The notes beneath the pieces are model-generated. The model was not told the origin of the DNA. It did not search any database and saw only the letters and a program-made list of their open reading frames with translations. A stretch of 64,000 nt of DNA from Octopus sinensis (taxonomy: Eukaryota): assembly GCF_006345805.1 (NCBI RefSeq), contig NC_042997.1:96658001-96722000 (forward strand). Direction: 5' to 3'. Positions 13,166 to 26,241 of this stretch are shown one piece after another. A program made the position numbers and the translations under genes. Positions within the stretch are counted from its first letter, which is position 1. Every line of letters starts with the position of its first letter.

Positions 13166-13702
13166 AGCTCATACACTCTAATTATTCATTCCTTTTTGGA
13201 CAACTACTCCAGAGAAATTCCCCATTGTCACTAGATAAGATTTATCAACTAACAAACTTTGCTCTAATCTTTCTTCTTATCTGCATGAATTGGGATTTTC
13301 AAATCTTAATGATATCAATTTTAAGGAACGAGAGAGTCTAAGAAATCCTTGTCTCTCTAGCTTAGGAGTAATGAAAGCATCCTTTGGAAATTTCTTACGG
13401 TCATTGCAAATAGTAACTAGGATCTTTGTAACTGCGATCGTTCGATGTATACTAAAACACGGAGTAAAAGCAACCGTTCTGATCATTTTGGCCGCCATGG
13501 GTTTTGCAGTAAATCACTAAATCATCCATAACTTTTGTATTATCCTCTCAAATTATACCAAAATTTTAGACAATAACAATTAATATTGTATTTATTGTCT
13601 GTGAAAATTATAGAGTATAAAACAACTTTGATAAAAAAATTATATCTACTTTTCTGACGAAAACAATGCCGTTCTGAACATTTTGGCCGCCACTGTATAT
13701 AT

Positions 13703-13870
13703 AATACAAATAAGAAAAATGGAGGAACAAATTCATTTCGATCATCAACTTAGGGATATTGCAATGTCATATTATTTCCCTATTTGTATAATTAATAAAT
13801 AACATGAAATAGTAATATCCGTAAGTTGATGATCGAAATGATTTTGTTCCTCCATTTTCTTATTTGCATT
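13703..13870. repeat. ~168-bp foldback (inverted repeat), MITE-like
   Basis: CAAATAAGAAAAATGGAGGAACAAATTCATTTCGATCATCAACTTAGGGATATT is mirrored by AATATCCGTAAGTTGATGATCGAAATGATTTTGTTCCTCCATTTTCTTATTTG. Confidence 0.85.
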
Positions 13871-14039
13871 ATGAATTTACGGTAAAATATTTTTTACCTT
13901 CACCTATTCAATACAATAAATGAATTAATTGCATTGCAATTATAAGCATTTATATATTTAGTATTTGGGTACTTTACCAGCAGTATATTGGATAACTCAT
14001 ATCCGATAGTGGGTTACCTTCATAACCCCTATCTTACTT

Positions 14040-14040
<1 letters not shown>

Positions 14041-14103
<63 letters not shown>

Positions 14104-14118
14104 TAGAGAGAGAGAGAG
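14041..14118. repeat. (TA)n(GA)n microsatellite
   Basis: Directly visible. Confidence 0.96.
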
Positions 14119-16194
14119 CTGGAAAAACTTCATCTGCAGAATGACATGAAAACCGCCATTGAAAATCAAAGAGCTGTGGAGGAATAATGGGTAATCAAAA
14201 ACATCAGAGCTGGAGAAACTTCATCTGCAGAACGACATGAAAACCTCCATTGAAAATCAAAGAGCTGTGGAAAAACAGTGGGTAATCAAAAACATCAAAC
14301 AGAACCCAAAAGTGTTCTATTCTTATGCAAATAAGCATAGAACCACTGTCTCACCCATTGGGCCATTGATTGATGATAACGGCATTCCCCAACACGATGC
14401 TAAAGAAATGGCAGAAATACTGCAGAAACAATACTGCTCTGTCTTTAGTGTTCCCACTGATATTGACGTAAGAGAAGCGAACGAAGTTGACTCTCAACAT
14501 AAAATCTCAGACATAACTCTCACTGCCACTGACATCATAGCAGCAATTTATGAGGTCAAATACTACTCTGCTGTAGGCCCTGATAGATTCCCCGCAAGTC
14601 TCCTGAAGGAATGTAGACATCAACTTGCAGTCCCTCTGACCAACCTCTGGAGAAATTCGTTTGACGCAGGTTATATACCGAAACAGTTTCTATCCCAGTC
14701 AGTCATCCCGGTTTTCAAATAGGGAAACAGATCCCTCGCACTCAACTATCGCCCAATCTCACTCATCTCTCACATCATCAAAGTGTTTGAGTGTTAAGAT
14801 CAAGGATAGCTGACTTCCTGGAGACCCACAAACTCCTAAATGCAAATCAGCATGGCTTTTGCTGTGGCAGGGACTATCTAACACAGCTCTTACACCACAT
14901 TGAAGATGTACTCAAAGCCTTGGGAACAGGTTCGAACTCTGATGTCATATACCTTGACTTCAGTAAAGCGTTCGACAGGGTAGACCATAATATCCTACTC
15001 TCAAAATTGGCAAATGTTGGAATCCGTGGAAAAGTTCTACACTGGATCAAGTATTTCCTGGCGAATAGAACACAACATGTTGTAGTTGATGGAGTCCACT
15101 CAAGCCCAGCAAAAGTCACCAGCGGTGTCCCCCAGGGGACTGTCTTGGGTCCGCTACTCTTCATAATCTACATAAACGACCTTTCCAGTGTCGTACATTA
15201 CTGCAAAGTGAAAATATTTGCTAATGACACTAAGCTCCAGCAAATCGTCAATGATGAAGCAGACCGAACTCAACTCCAGTCTGATCTATATGCTGTGAGT
15301 CAATGGGCAGACAGAAACAAAATGCAACTGAACGAGGGAAAATTTGAGCTGATGCATTTTGGAAGAAATTCCTGACTAAAACAGCCATACTCTCTTCCTT
15401 CAGGGGAACCGCTCACAGCCTCTAACAATATCAGAGACCTGGGTGTAATAGTTGATGACGATCTCAGTTGGAGTGTACACATCAACAAGAAGGTCAATAT
15501 AGCTCGTAGGATGAGTTCCTGGATCTTAAGAACTTTCCGGTCCAGAGAACAAGGTGTCATCATACCACTTTTCTCCTCCTTTGTACGGCCACACCTCGAA
15601 TACTGCTGCCCACTGTCGTCTCGAGGACAAAACATCTCGAGGATTGAATCACCCCAGAGAGCACTCACTAAACGAATTGAAGGCATGGCTGCTCTCGATT
15701 ATTGGAATCGCCTTAAAGCCTTGATACTTTACTCTCTCCAGCGTCACCGTGAGCGGTACATCCTTTGTACGATGTGGAGAATATACCGCCAACTTTGCCC
15801 AAACGACCTGAACATTAGCTTCAAGGTTCATCCAAGACTGGGACCACGGGCCATACGTCCCCTGCCCAATTCAAGATCACAGCATACATGTACACTACAA
15901 CATAATTTCTTTTCCTCAACAGGCCCTGCCCTATTTAACATTGTCCCGAAAGAGATCAAAGAGGAACAGGATCCCATCAACTTTAAACGGAGTCTGGATA
16001 GATTCCTTCAAGGAATACCAGATAAGCCACCCATGATTGAGTACAACTCACCCAACAAAAACTCACTACTTGAATGGACCATAAACAAAACTTGACTTAA
16101 ACAGGATTCAAATAATCTTATCAGGTGGTGCTATTAAGTTAGACATGGCCTGGACCAATCATTGGTCGAAACATATCTAAGTTTATCTAAGTTT
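14115..16194 (+). mobile_element. CR1-type LINE, 5'-truncated RT pseudogene with intact 3' end
   Basis: NPKVFYSYA, GPDRFPASLLKEC, NYRPISLISHIIKVFE, YLDFSKAFDRVDH, SGVPQGTVLGPLLFIIYIND, FANDTKL and VRPHLEYC. The 3' tail is (ATCTAAGTTT)x2 at 16175-16194. Confidence 0.93.
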
Positions 16195-16214
16195 ATATAT
16201 ATATACATACATAT

Positions 16215-16480
<266 letters not shown>

Positions 16481-16535
16481 TTATATATATGTATATATAT
16501 ATACACATATATATATGTCTGTGTGTATATATATG

Positions 16536-16589
<54 letters not shown>

Positions 16590-16631
16590 ATATATATAAT
16601 ATATATATATATATAATATATATATATATAT

Positions 16632-16757
16632 ACGACGGGCTTTCGTCGGCGCGAGGCTATAGTAGAAGACACTTGTCCACGCTACCACGCAGTGGGACTG
16701 AACCCGAAACTATATGGTTGGTAAGCAACCTACTTACCATACAGCCAATCCTGTGCT
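16632..16757 (-). mobile_element. OR-like tRNA SINE 5' fragment
   Basis: Reverse complement of the GGTAAGTAG..CAACCATATAGTTTCGGGTTCAGTCCCACTGCGTGG..AAGTGTCTTCTACTATAGCC family, also seen at 58608 and 63360. Confidence 0.88.
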
Positions 16758-17264
16758 TTTTCTAAATTTATATAATTATATACTTGTTTTCCAATATTAT
16801 TTCACATGTTATATAACATAACATGCATTGGATATAATTACAATACAATATTACTTCTTGTATATATACATAACTTATTCAGTTGGGGAACATAATGCTT
16901 CCTAATCACATATTCATATATATCCTGGTTTTTAATGTTCAAGTTGATTAATTAGCATTGATTTTATCATCTTATTTACCATATTATTTTTTAACGTTAT
17001 TTCGTATTAGGTGAATAATCATAACACTTATTTTTATCCCTATAACCTTTAATTAACCCTTAATATTAATATATTTCTTTTATTCTGATCTTTATACTTA
17101 ATCCCAAACTCATCATAATGTAATATTACATAATATCCCACTATACTTATATTCCATGTAACTCAGCTATATCCAATTTTTATCTAATTTTCCAAACTAT
17201 ATTATCAATTTACTTTTAACTCTATGCAATACAATCCTCTTCTTTGTAAATTTAAATTTTTACT

Positions 17265-17355
<91 letters not shown>

Positions 17356-17424
17356 TATACATATATATATATATGTGTGTGTATATACATATATATATAT
17401 ATATATGTATGTATATATATGGAG

Positions 17425-17458
<34 letters not shown>
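17265..17458. repeat. (TA)n microsatellite
   Basis: Directly visible. Confidence 0.96.
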
Positions 17459-18764
17459 TACATTCAAATAACAAATTATATATTAGTTCTCAGCAGCATA
17501 TTCACTACTCAACCACTTAAATTTTTTAATATTAAGGGCAGTCATATAATCCACATTTTTTTAACAAGTGACAATAGTATACTTATTTATTAAAACAATC
17601 ATTATATAAACCACATTTAATACCATTATATAAGTATAAATTTATTCTATTGATCTCTTGATTTTGTAATTATACCATTCAAAAATTTACTTGAACTCTT
17701 ATAATTTACTTAAACTCTATAATACCTATCTCATTGTAAAATAGAATACATAATTACCATTAAAGAACCTCCAATTTATATTTTCTGATACAACTCCTAT
17801 TGTTACATAAATGCTGTTAAGTGAATATATTATCTTTTATTTTATAAAATCTTATAATCGAGCATTAATGACTGTTGATACTTTTAATTTATGTACATAT
17901 GAAACTTAAAACCACGCGTGCATAAATATCCATATTATCCCTAAACTTGATAGACATATTTCTCTAGTAAAACATATAATATTTTCGCATTATAATAAAA
18001 ACTGACACGTTTAGCCATACGAAAAAAGGGTGATTACTAGTTACTCATATTATGATCGAATGAAACAAAAAAACTACAACACTGGTTTTAATTTTTTTCG
18101 CATCTCCTAAGTAAAATATAGTCTTTTTATATACTTAATATTTTTTACATACCTAATATTTTTTACATACCTAATATTTTTTCTTAGAATACCGGAATTT
18201 TCCAGTAATACAAGGAAAATAGGTATATCATATAAAAGAATAGCTTAAGGGAATGAGAAAAGCTTTTGATAAGGATTCTCAGTAAGTTGTAGTGAAATGA
18301 ATGTAGAAATGCTGTGTGATTATCAGTAAGGAATAGTAAAATGAATTTACAAATACAGAATGGTGTCAGTGTTTTTGCTGAAATTCCGACGCTATATCAC
18401 ATGAATGCAGGGCAAGGCGTTGTGTGTTTGTCTTTTTTGTTGGTGTGTCGATGATTTTCGTTTCCCTGTGAATTTGTATCTCTGTGCGTATGGTTTCAGT
18501 CAGGTTGTCTCTGCTTATGCAAAAGAAATTTGTATATTTAGATCTGAAGGGATAATTGAGAAAAATAGATATATCTGAAACATGAATGAATATACATACA
18601 TGTGTATGTGTGCGTGCGTGTGATTGTTCTTTTAGAAAGAGAGAGAAAGAAAGAGAGAGGGAGAGATATAAAAGAAAATAGCGGCGACATTTCTTTAGAG
18701 TTCCACTCTACTGGTGGAAGTCTACAAAAAGCAACTCTTATAATTTTCTTTTATCTTTTCTTTC

Positions 18765-18855
18765 TTTTCACCTTTTACTTGTTTCAGTCATTTGATTGTG
18801 GCCATGCTGGGTCACCGATTTGAAGAAATTTTAGCCGAACGTTTTGACCCCAGGG
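18765..18855 (-). mobile_element. OR-like SINE 3' tail fragment
   Basis: CTTTTACTTGTTTCAGTCATTTGATTGTGGCCATGCTGG; same tail as at 24378. Confidence 0.75.
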
Positions 18856-19863
18856 TGGTTGGTTTTTCTATTTTTACTTGTGGTAGTCATTAGCAAGAGC
18901 GAGAGCTAGAAAGAGAGGGAGAGAAAGCGAGAGTGACTGCTTTTAAGTTTGCAGAGCAGGCCATCCTTGAATAAATATATATGGTGTGGTGGTTGTCATA
19001 AACCATATTCGTTATACCCTCACCTGTCTCTCTTTTACTGTTTTATATCATTTTGAACCATATAGACACACATAGGTGCGAAAATGTGTGCACAATGAAC
19101 GAGAAATTGAACTTGACACGAACTCATGAGCTAGCAAAGTAAACGATACTTAAATTATTGCAGAAGAAAGACTTTTGATAAATGTTTACAGGATGAGCAA
19201 GAGAAAGCATTTATAACTTGACAATACAGAACATGACTGTAAATGGTAAATTTACTGAATAATTAACATACGATGTAAAGATAAAGTTGGCGTTTTACCA
19301 AACATCAGCAGGAGGTGATAGCTGCTCTCGTACACCTATTGACCGGGCTGAAAGTCGTTTAGTCGTATCCAATACATTAGGCAAGAAACTATTATGTACA
19401 ATACCGACAGAACAAGATGTAAACAAATATGATCAATGGAATATGCATAAATGTTTGGCTTAAATGAGCAAATTTTCGCCAAAGAAGTGTGTTAAAGTTA
19501 TATAAAGAGAAACCTCAAGAAAAAGAGGGGTGACGTTTAAAAGTCAATCAGGAGAAGTAATGGATGGAGATAGGACGAATAAAGAAGAGGAAGAATAGGG
19601 ACAAAATACAAAGGGAGATGCAGAGACAGATGAGCAGTGTACTGAGTGAAAAAGAATAGTGAATGGACGGAGAGGAATAAAAGAAGAGGGAGTGGGAGAA
19701 TATAAAGTCGTAGGAAATAAAGGAACTATTCTGAAAAATAGAGTCTTGCGAAAACTAATAGGTCTACGCGCAAACGTGTAGTTCATTCACTTTTAAAAAA
19801 ATGCATTAGTTATGGGACAACCCAACACATACACACATAAATAATGCGGTATATATATATTTA

Positions 19864-19942
<79 letters not shown>

Positions 19943-19984
19943 CACACTTGGAAATGGATGTCTGGCGTTCAATCTTACATACAT

Positions 19985-20212
19985 TCAAAATGTGACCGCG
20001 TGTGTACCGTTGGCGATTTTTCCTCCGTCTTCCCTTCTTTGGATCTTTTCTTTTCCTATGTTTCTGACGAAGAGCTCCGCTCGAAACGTTAAGATCTCTT
20101 TCTTTCCTTCTTTTCTGAGCGTCCAATAAATAATACTATACTTGTTCCACGTCCTCGCGTTGTTTTGTTTTCTCTTTGTGTTTTCATGTTTGGATTAACT
20201 ATACATATACAT
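19985..20212 (+). mobile_element. Penelope pLTR-like repeat carrying a hammerhead ribozyme
   Basis: Flanked by (TA)-rich tracts; contains the HHR core at 20064-20090. Confidence 0.65.
20061..20093 (+). ncRNA. Minimal hammerhead ribozyme motif with intact core
   Basis: TTT-CTGACGA-A-GAGC tcc GCTC-GAAA-CGT-T-AAG. Stem III is the palindrome ACGT; stem I has only 3 bp. Confidence 0.7.
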
Positions 20213-20214
20213 AT

Positions 20215-20690
20215 ATGAGTACAGGACGTCACAAGACGTAAACAACATGAGACACGAAGGCAAACTTGGGTAGGCGAAAATCGAGGAAAAGAAAAGGAAA
20301 ACAAAACAAGTAATATAAAGAACAACCCTTCATCAGTTGTCGGCTGTTTATCTGCTCCCCATTTCGAGCAATTAACGACAATATGAGACTTCGGCAAACA
20401 GTTTCCCCAGCGAACCAAAATAGAATTTGGGCTTTGCGGAGGGTCAAAGTTGGTAACAAAAACAGCACATTGGAAACATACAACAAACCAAACGAAAAAA
20501 ATATGGAGGGCCGTTAGGACAGATGTGGTAAGATAGCGAACCCTAGAAGAACATTCTTTGACAAGAGAAATGATTGTAGAGGAGACATATAAGAATGCGT
20601 CTAGTCTGTACAACAGATTGAAGGAAAAGAATTATGATCACGTGCGGAAAAGAAAGATGGACGATGGCCACGTGTGAGCAACGAGAGAGA
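20215..20690 (+). mobile_element. Probable 5' UTR/ORF start of a Penelope-like element
   Basis: Directly follows the HHR repeat and has a coding-like frame (FPQRTKIEFGL..TKTAHW..WRAVR). No catalytic motif. Confidence 0.35.
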
Positions 20691-20879
20691 GAGTAAATGA
20701 GAAAGAGAGAGAGAGAAAGACAGACAGACAGATAGAAAACATTGAAGGGGAGAAAAAATATTAGAGAAACGATGTGAGAGGGATAAACGAAAGGGAGTGA
20801 ATGGGAGAAAAAGAAAAAAAGAAATAGAGAAAGGAAGAGAACAGTACAAGGAAGAGTCGCATCACAATTATTAAGATAA

Positions 20880-22935
20880 ACTTACTTTGTCCATAATCTT
20901 AAGTGGATTTTATACATAGAAAAGAAACTCTTTCTTTAGTACTCATAACTGTTTATATATTTTGTATTTACCTTTTTGCTCTCAAAGCTCGAAGCGTTTT
21001 ACTCAAATAGAGCTTTGCTGATGAATTTTATTTTAAATCCCTCATTATTTATGCTTCTCGAGCAATATTTGATTAATATTAAGCCTGTGTTGCATATTCG
21101 CATAAAGGTTAGTAACATCAATTCTTTTTAGAATGCTGCATGCTGGTGCATTTAGCGGTAAGTACTTAAGGATGACAATACCTTCCCTCAAGTTACGTAG
21201 GATCTCTGGGCATAGTTGTTTAAGTAGTAAATTCAAAAGCGACAGCAAAACTTAAGCATTTCTTAGAGATTGCATTCCTGACTTTTGAAATTACAAAGAT
21301 AGTTTCCTTTTTGTGTGAAAAAGCCTTAGTATTAATTTGTTAATGAACTGGTTTTGTTCCCAATTGTTTCATTCGGGTTTCTTGTGTCTTTGTAGTAGAT
21401 AATTATTCAAGTATTTCTTCGTCGTAACAGTTTTTGTTCATAATGATAAGTGTTCTGTCCTCATCAGCATCTTTTATAATGATTAAACCATCCTTTTACG
21501 ACATTTATTGAACTCCTTTCACTCGTTTCCGAAGATTCTGCTGGCATGGGTGCGAATTGTGAATTTTTACATCACATCAATATAAGTATCCAAATGTTAT
21601 GCGGGTTCAAGTTCGATGGATTCCCAACAATGGACTCATTCTCATTTTTGTTGTATGAAAAATCTCTTAGGTGGAGGCATCTGTGAATGTTTTGGAAATC
21701 CGCTTTCAGTTTGACTATTTTGGTTTAGGAGTAAAATTGAATCTCTTTTAACTTCATTCTCCTCTAATTTACTTTTTGATTAATTTATTATTTTTGGGTC
21801 AATATTTCACATGTGTTTCTTTAGTTTCTTTGATTCGCTGGATCTAGCGTCCAGTTGATTTAAGCCTTCGCTAAAAACAGAGTTCCATAGCTAGGATTTT
21901 TTTGATGAGTATGTAGGTTTCACCTATGTTCTCTCCTTGGACTGCATTTTCTTTTATTCTCCGACTCTCTCTCATTCTCTTCTATGCAGGTTAATCCATT
22001 CGGGATTTTCGTTATCGTTGGTTGGAGCTTTATTTTTTTGCATATTTTGCGAGTTTATTTCTTATGGCACTAAGTTTTGGATGTGTAGTGTATGCATTTG
22101 CAGTCTGAGATTGAGGTATTCTTTTCGCATGTTTTGTAGCCTTTGATAGATTAGTTTCGTTGAATAGTTCCTACGTAATATGTTGCCATATTAGTTTTAG
22201 CTTTTATTCTGAATTTTCATATTGTCTCTATGCTTCGTTTTGTTTGGTTTTCATTAAGGAGCTTTCTGCAGAGTTTCTTTGGTAATTATCAAACCAAATT
22301 TGTTGTTTTTCCCACAATGTTTCAGATTTACATTCGTTTTTCATGTTTTGTTCCCATGCATGTCGGAGTTTTTCCTGGATTTAATCATTATTTCTCGCCG
22401 GTGTTTTTGATTTAAATCTTTCGTTATATTATACATTTCTGGTTGAAGAGGATACGGCATAAAGCTAGAGTTGTACGTATGTCTTTTTCTTGTTAGCTTT
22501 AATCTTCTATATATCTAATGAGAAAATCTTCCGGTAATATCAGATTTTCTCGGCGGTTCTGATAAATGTTCACAATGCAGCTGTATCGAATGTTTTTCCA
22601 GTAGTTTTGTTTCCGTTCGTTTAGTAATCTTTTCCAACTATTTTACAGCACTTTTTCTACGTACGCTGTTCATTACTCCTAGATCTCGGGATGATTCTGG
22701 CTTCTGTTTGCATGAAATTTTTGAAGAGTTCTCTTTGGGTTTTTATTGTGATTACAACTTTCCATAAAGTGCTGGACATCATATCAAGTTTTGCAAAAAG
22801 TTTTGTCAATTTATCAGATATTCTTGAAAGAATTTTCTCCGATTCTGATTTGAAAGTAATTGTTCATTCTGATGTCTTGTATGCCCTAATAAGTAGGAAT
22901 AAAAAGCGTTTTAGTAGTCTACGGAAAGTCTATTC
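20880..22935 (-). mobile_element. Penelope-like element, decayed N-terminus and RT start
   Basis: The minus strand gives IIIKDADEDRTLIIMN (ADKG motif, about 21440-21490) and LLLKQLC..IDVTNLYANMQH (DVxxLYTNIP motif; ORF 21045-21248). Confidence 0.8.
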
Positions 22936-22985
22936 GTAACAACAACAACAACAACAATAATAATAATAATAATGATAATACTAAA

Positions 22986-23543
22986 TGCCCTGATGCAGTA
23001 CTGGGCAGTGGCTCTCGTGGCTTCAGATCTTAACTGGTTGGAAGTGTTATTATGTACATTGTTTTGTTTTGGTATGAAAGATGGGCTACAGCAAATATTC
23101 TGCTCAATACCACAGATTTGCTTGTTAGTTGTTTGACCTTAACCACTTGAGCATGTCCCTTAGTGACAGACGATATGTGCATCTCTGATCACGAGCAGAA
23201 ATAGTGGGGGAGCATCATAGCCATGTGTTGAGAGGGATTCTTTGGGGTTTGAATAATTCACCTCTGGAAACATGGGTGTTTCGTTCACCATCCTTAAACA
23301 ACCCTTATTCAGGGACCTTTTGAGCGGGATGGACTACTCGGCCTGAAGAAAATTAAATTTTAACTGGGTCTCTTCTGCAAGGTCATGTGCTGTTTATCTT
23401 GATATGAGATCACCATGTCGCGCACATATGGTTGTGATGCATGTACATCACAAGCATATCAGACGGGTAGTCATGATGGGTATGCTGGGCTTCGTATACT
23501 TTACCCCAGTGTCACTTTGATGGCATGCACTGCACTCTCACTC
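22986..23543 (+). mobile_element. ~0.55-kb (AAT)n-embedded interspersed repeat, copy 2
   Basis: Collinear with 1506-2016 and retains two segments missing there. Confidence 0.85.
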
Positions 23544-23562
23544 AATAATGATAATAGTAATA

Positions 23563-23745
23563 ATATAGCAACCAATTTTGAGAAATATGTCGGAGAAATT
23601 GAAATTCACATCAGAGTAGAACATACTGAAAAACCTGGGCTATCGGGGATAGCGAGAATTTTGAGATTGGTACTTGGGTGTTAAGTATCGTAGAAAGATA
23701 CACTGTGAGACCCTTGATAACTGGTTGCTGTCCGCTCTCAGAATT
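23563..23745 (+). mobile_element. R4/Dong-like LINE 3' end fragment
   Basis: FEKYVGEIEIHIRVEHTEKPGLSGIARILRLVLGC* matches the QKxxLLGTARILRxVL C-terminus of RLE-type LINEs. Confidence 0.75.
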
Positions 23746-24272
23746 AAATGAAGAAAGTAAAATCGATAGTTGTATTTATGTATGTATATACGTGTGTATG
23801 TATAATTGTTCCATGCTGTGAAAAACATGGATTTCATTGCATCCGCTAGGTTGTGTAGTTCGTCTGCACTCCTTTGAAGGATTCTATATTAGAAGAGGTT
23901 TGTAGCCTTGGGTATATCCCCTCCCACGTTATCGTAGAGGAGGAAATGAGAATGGTCCTCCGAACTATCTTCACATCGTAAAGAAGTCGATTCTGTGAAA
24001 AAGAAAAACAGAGAAAGAGAGAGAAAAAAAAGAGAAATGTTGAGGGAATCTAAGACAAATTAGATTGTTTTTACTATATTGTAGATCAAGTATGGGTGAA
24101 AGGATAAATTGACCCTGACAGATTTTCATTTCAAGCTGAAGTGAGCCAGAAGTATTATGGAAATGTGTTTTTCCAACCTGCGAATGATCTTGTTAAGCGG
24201 ATCGACCATACATGCTCTTTCTCTCTCTCTCTTACACACTCATATAGATAGATATCTTTGTGCATATGCATG

Positions 24273-24338
<66 letters not shown>

Positions 24339-24377
24339 TGTGTGTATGTGTGTGTTTCTGTGTGATTGTGTAGTTTT

Positions 24378-24573
24378 ATCTTTTACTTGTTTCAGGCATT
24401 AAACTGCACGCATGCTTGGGCATCACATTGATGAATCTTTAGATGAACAAATCCACCCCAGTACTTTATTGTAAAAGTCTGGTCCTTTTTCTATCGGTCT
24501 CTTTCGTTATCCGGACGTCAACAAACCAACACCGGTTGTCAAACAATGGTGAGGTACCAACACACTGACAAAG

Positions 24574-24609
<36 letters not shown>

Positions 24610-24765
24610 TCTTTCACTTTCCGTCAACCAGATCCACTTACATGGCTTGGTCAGCATTAGAGAATAGTAGAAGAAACTTGCCCAAGGTGCCATGCAGTGA
24701 TATTGGACACTGAACCATATGGTTGGTAAGCGGGCTTATTAACACACCGGCACGCCTGCGCCTAT
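24378..24765 (-). mobile_element. Near full-length diverged OR-like SINE with internal (CA)n
   Basis: The head (CCAACCATATGG..GGCACCTTGGGCAAG), central microsatellite and GAAACAAGTAAAAGA tail are all present on the minus strand. Confidence 0.87.
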
Positions 24766-26010
24766 GTTTAACATAAGAAAATGAGACGGAGGTGGGCGTG
24801 AGAGAAAGAGAGACGAATATGTGAATTATTTGTGGTCGCGACACGACAAGAAATTGATTGAAAAGAAATCGAATCCATATATTTCTTTGTCGTTTCGAAA
24901 GTATTAAATATTATAAGTTCGGCAGACGTGTGAGAAATACAACGGTTGATTATATCGTTATCCGTTTTTTTTTATGTTAATCTAGCACTTTTTGGTTTAT
25001 AAACCAGCACATAGACATGGATACACTTATATGCATGCTTACATATATATGGGCATGTGTGTGCAAGTGTCTGTGCGTATGTACGAGTGCCTGTATGTGA
25101 GTGTGTGTGTGTGTATGTGTGTGTACGATTTATATGCTGCAGCATATATTTATCATTTGAAGAGATATTCATATCTAGATCAAATTACTTCTTTATAAAC
25201 ATAACAAGTATGAAAATGTTAAAACATATTCTATTTCTAAACATTTTTTTTAATTTTCGAGATCTACTCGCATTTTAACGAATATTTACTTCCATCTCCA
25301 TAATCACCATCGTTGCGAAGCATTTATCATTCACGTTAATCGAAAACACTGCAAAAATATGTGAAAAAAACTTTTATAAACATTCAAATTTATCAGTGAT
25401 TTCAATTTTCTTGTTTCATTTTCTGGAGCTTTATTTTCCCATTTTTTATCATCATCCTGTATTTTGCATGATTTTCAGTCTCATACGAAAGTCTTGTGTT
25501 CCTCTCTTCTTGAAATATTTAACAAAACTATATTTCAAACAAAACCGGTCTATCATTTAAAATTTTTTTTCTTTTGTATTTAGTCAAAAACTTAATATTA
25601 TACGCTGAAAATCTGCATGCCATAAAATAACCATGAATTGATAATCTGTATACGATATAAATAAGTTATATAAATTATAAGCTATAAAACTATCAACTAG
25701 TTTCGTTATATGTATTAGTTTTACTGCAGTTTAGCTTCAAATGATGCCACTTTATTAAACTAGAAGCTATAAATGGTGAGTTATAAAATCTATAAACTAT
25801 AACGTATAAAAGCTATAGACTGCAGTAAACGCAAACTGCAAACTCTAAACTAAAAAGTACATATATGCACAAATATATCTTTCCAAGGTAGCAACACTAT
25901 GGTTTTATTACTATTAATTTTTGATCAGATGAATAAGTCTAGACTACGAATGATATACAAGATCGTGCATTTTAGAGGAAGGAACGTCCGATTAAAATGT
26001 CCTCGTTATT

Positions 26011-26157
26011 TGCCGAGGTCGACTTTGCCTTTCATCCTTTCGGGGTCGGTAAATTAAGTACCAGTTCCGCACTGGGGTCGATGTAATTGACTTAATCCGT
26101 TTGTCTGTCCTTGTTTGTCCCCTCTATGTTTAGCCCCTTGTGGGCAATAAAGAAATA
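26011..26157 (+). mobile_element. 5'-truncated OK-like SINE
   Basis: GCCGAGGTCGACTTTGCCTTTCATCCTTTCGGGGTC...GCCCCTTGTGGGCAATAAAGAAATA. Confidence 0.9.
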
Positions 26158-26241
26158 TATTTGCCTGGTATAAACTTTTTCGACCTAGAAAGACGAAAGA
26201 TTAAACTAAGCACACCAGTGTATTTCCAATCAACTGTCCTC

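Noticed and set aside
16150-16172. CTG-GACCA atcat TGGTC-GAAAC in the CR1 3' UTR as a hammerhead
   Set aside because: It lacks the ANGA of the core and has no stem I/III. It is more likely the LINE 3' recognition stem-loop.
16760-18200. AT-rich stretch as an ancient L1-like ORF2 remnant on the minus strand
   Set aside because: Too many stops and no reliable motif in manual translation.
20325-20345. Minus-strand CTGATGA near the PLE 5' region
   Set aside because: No stem II-GAAA follows it.
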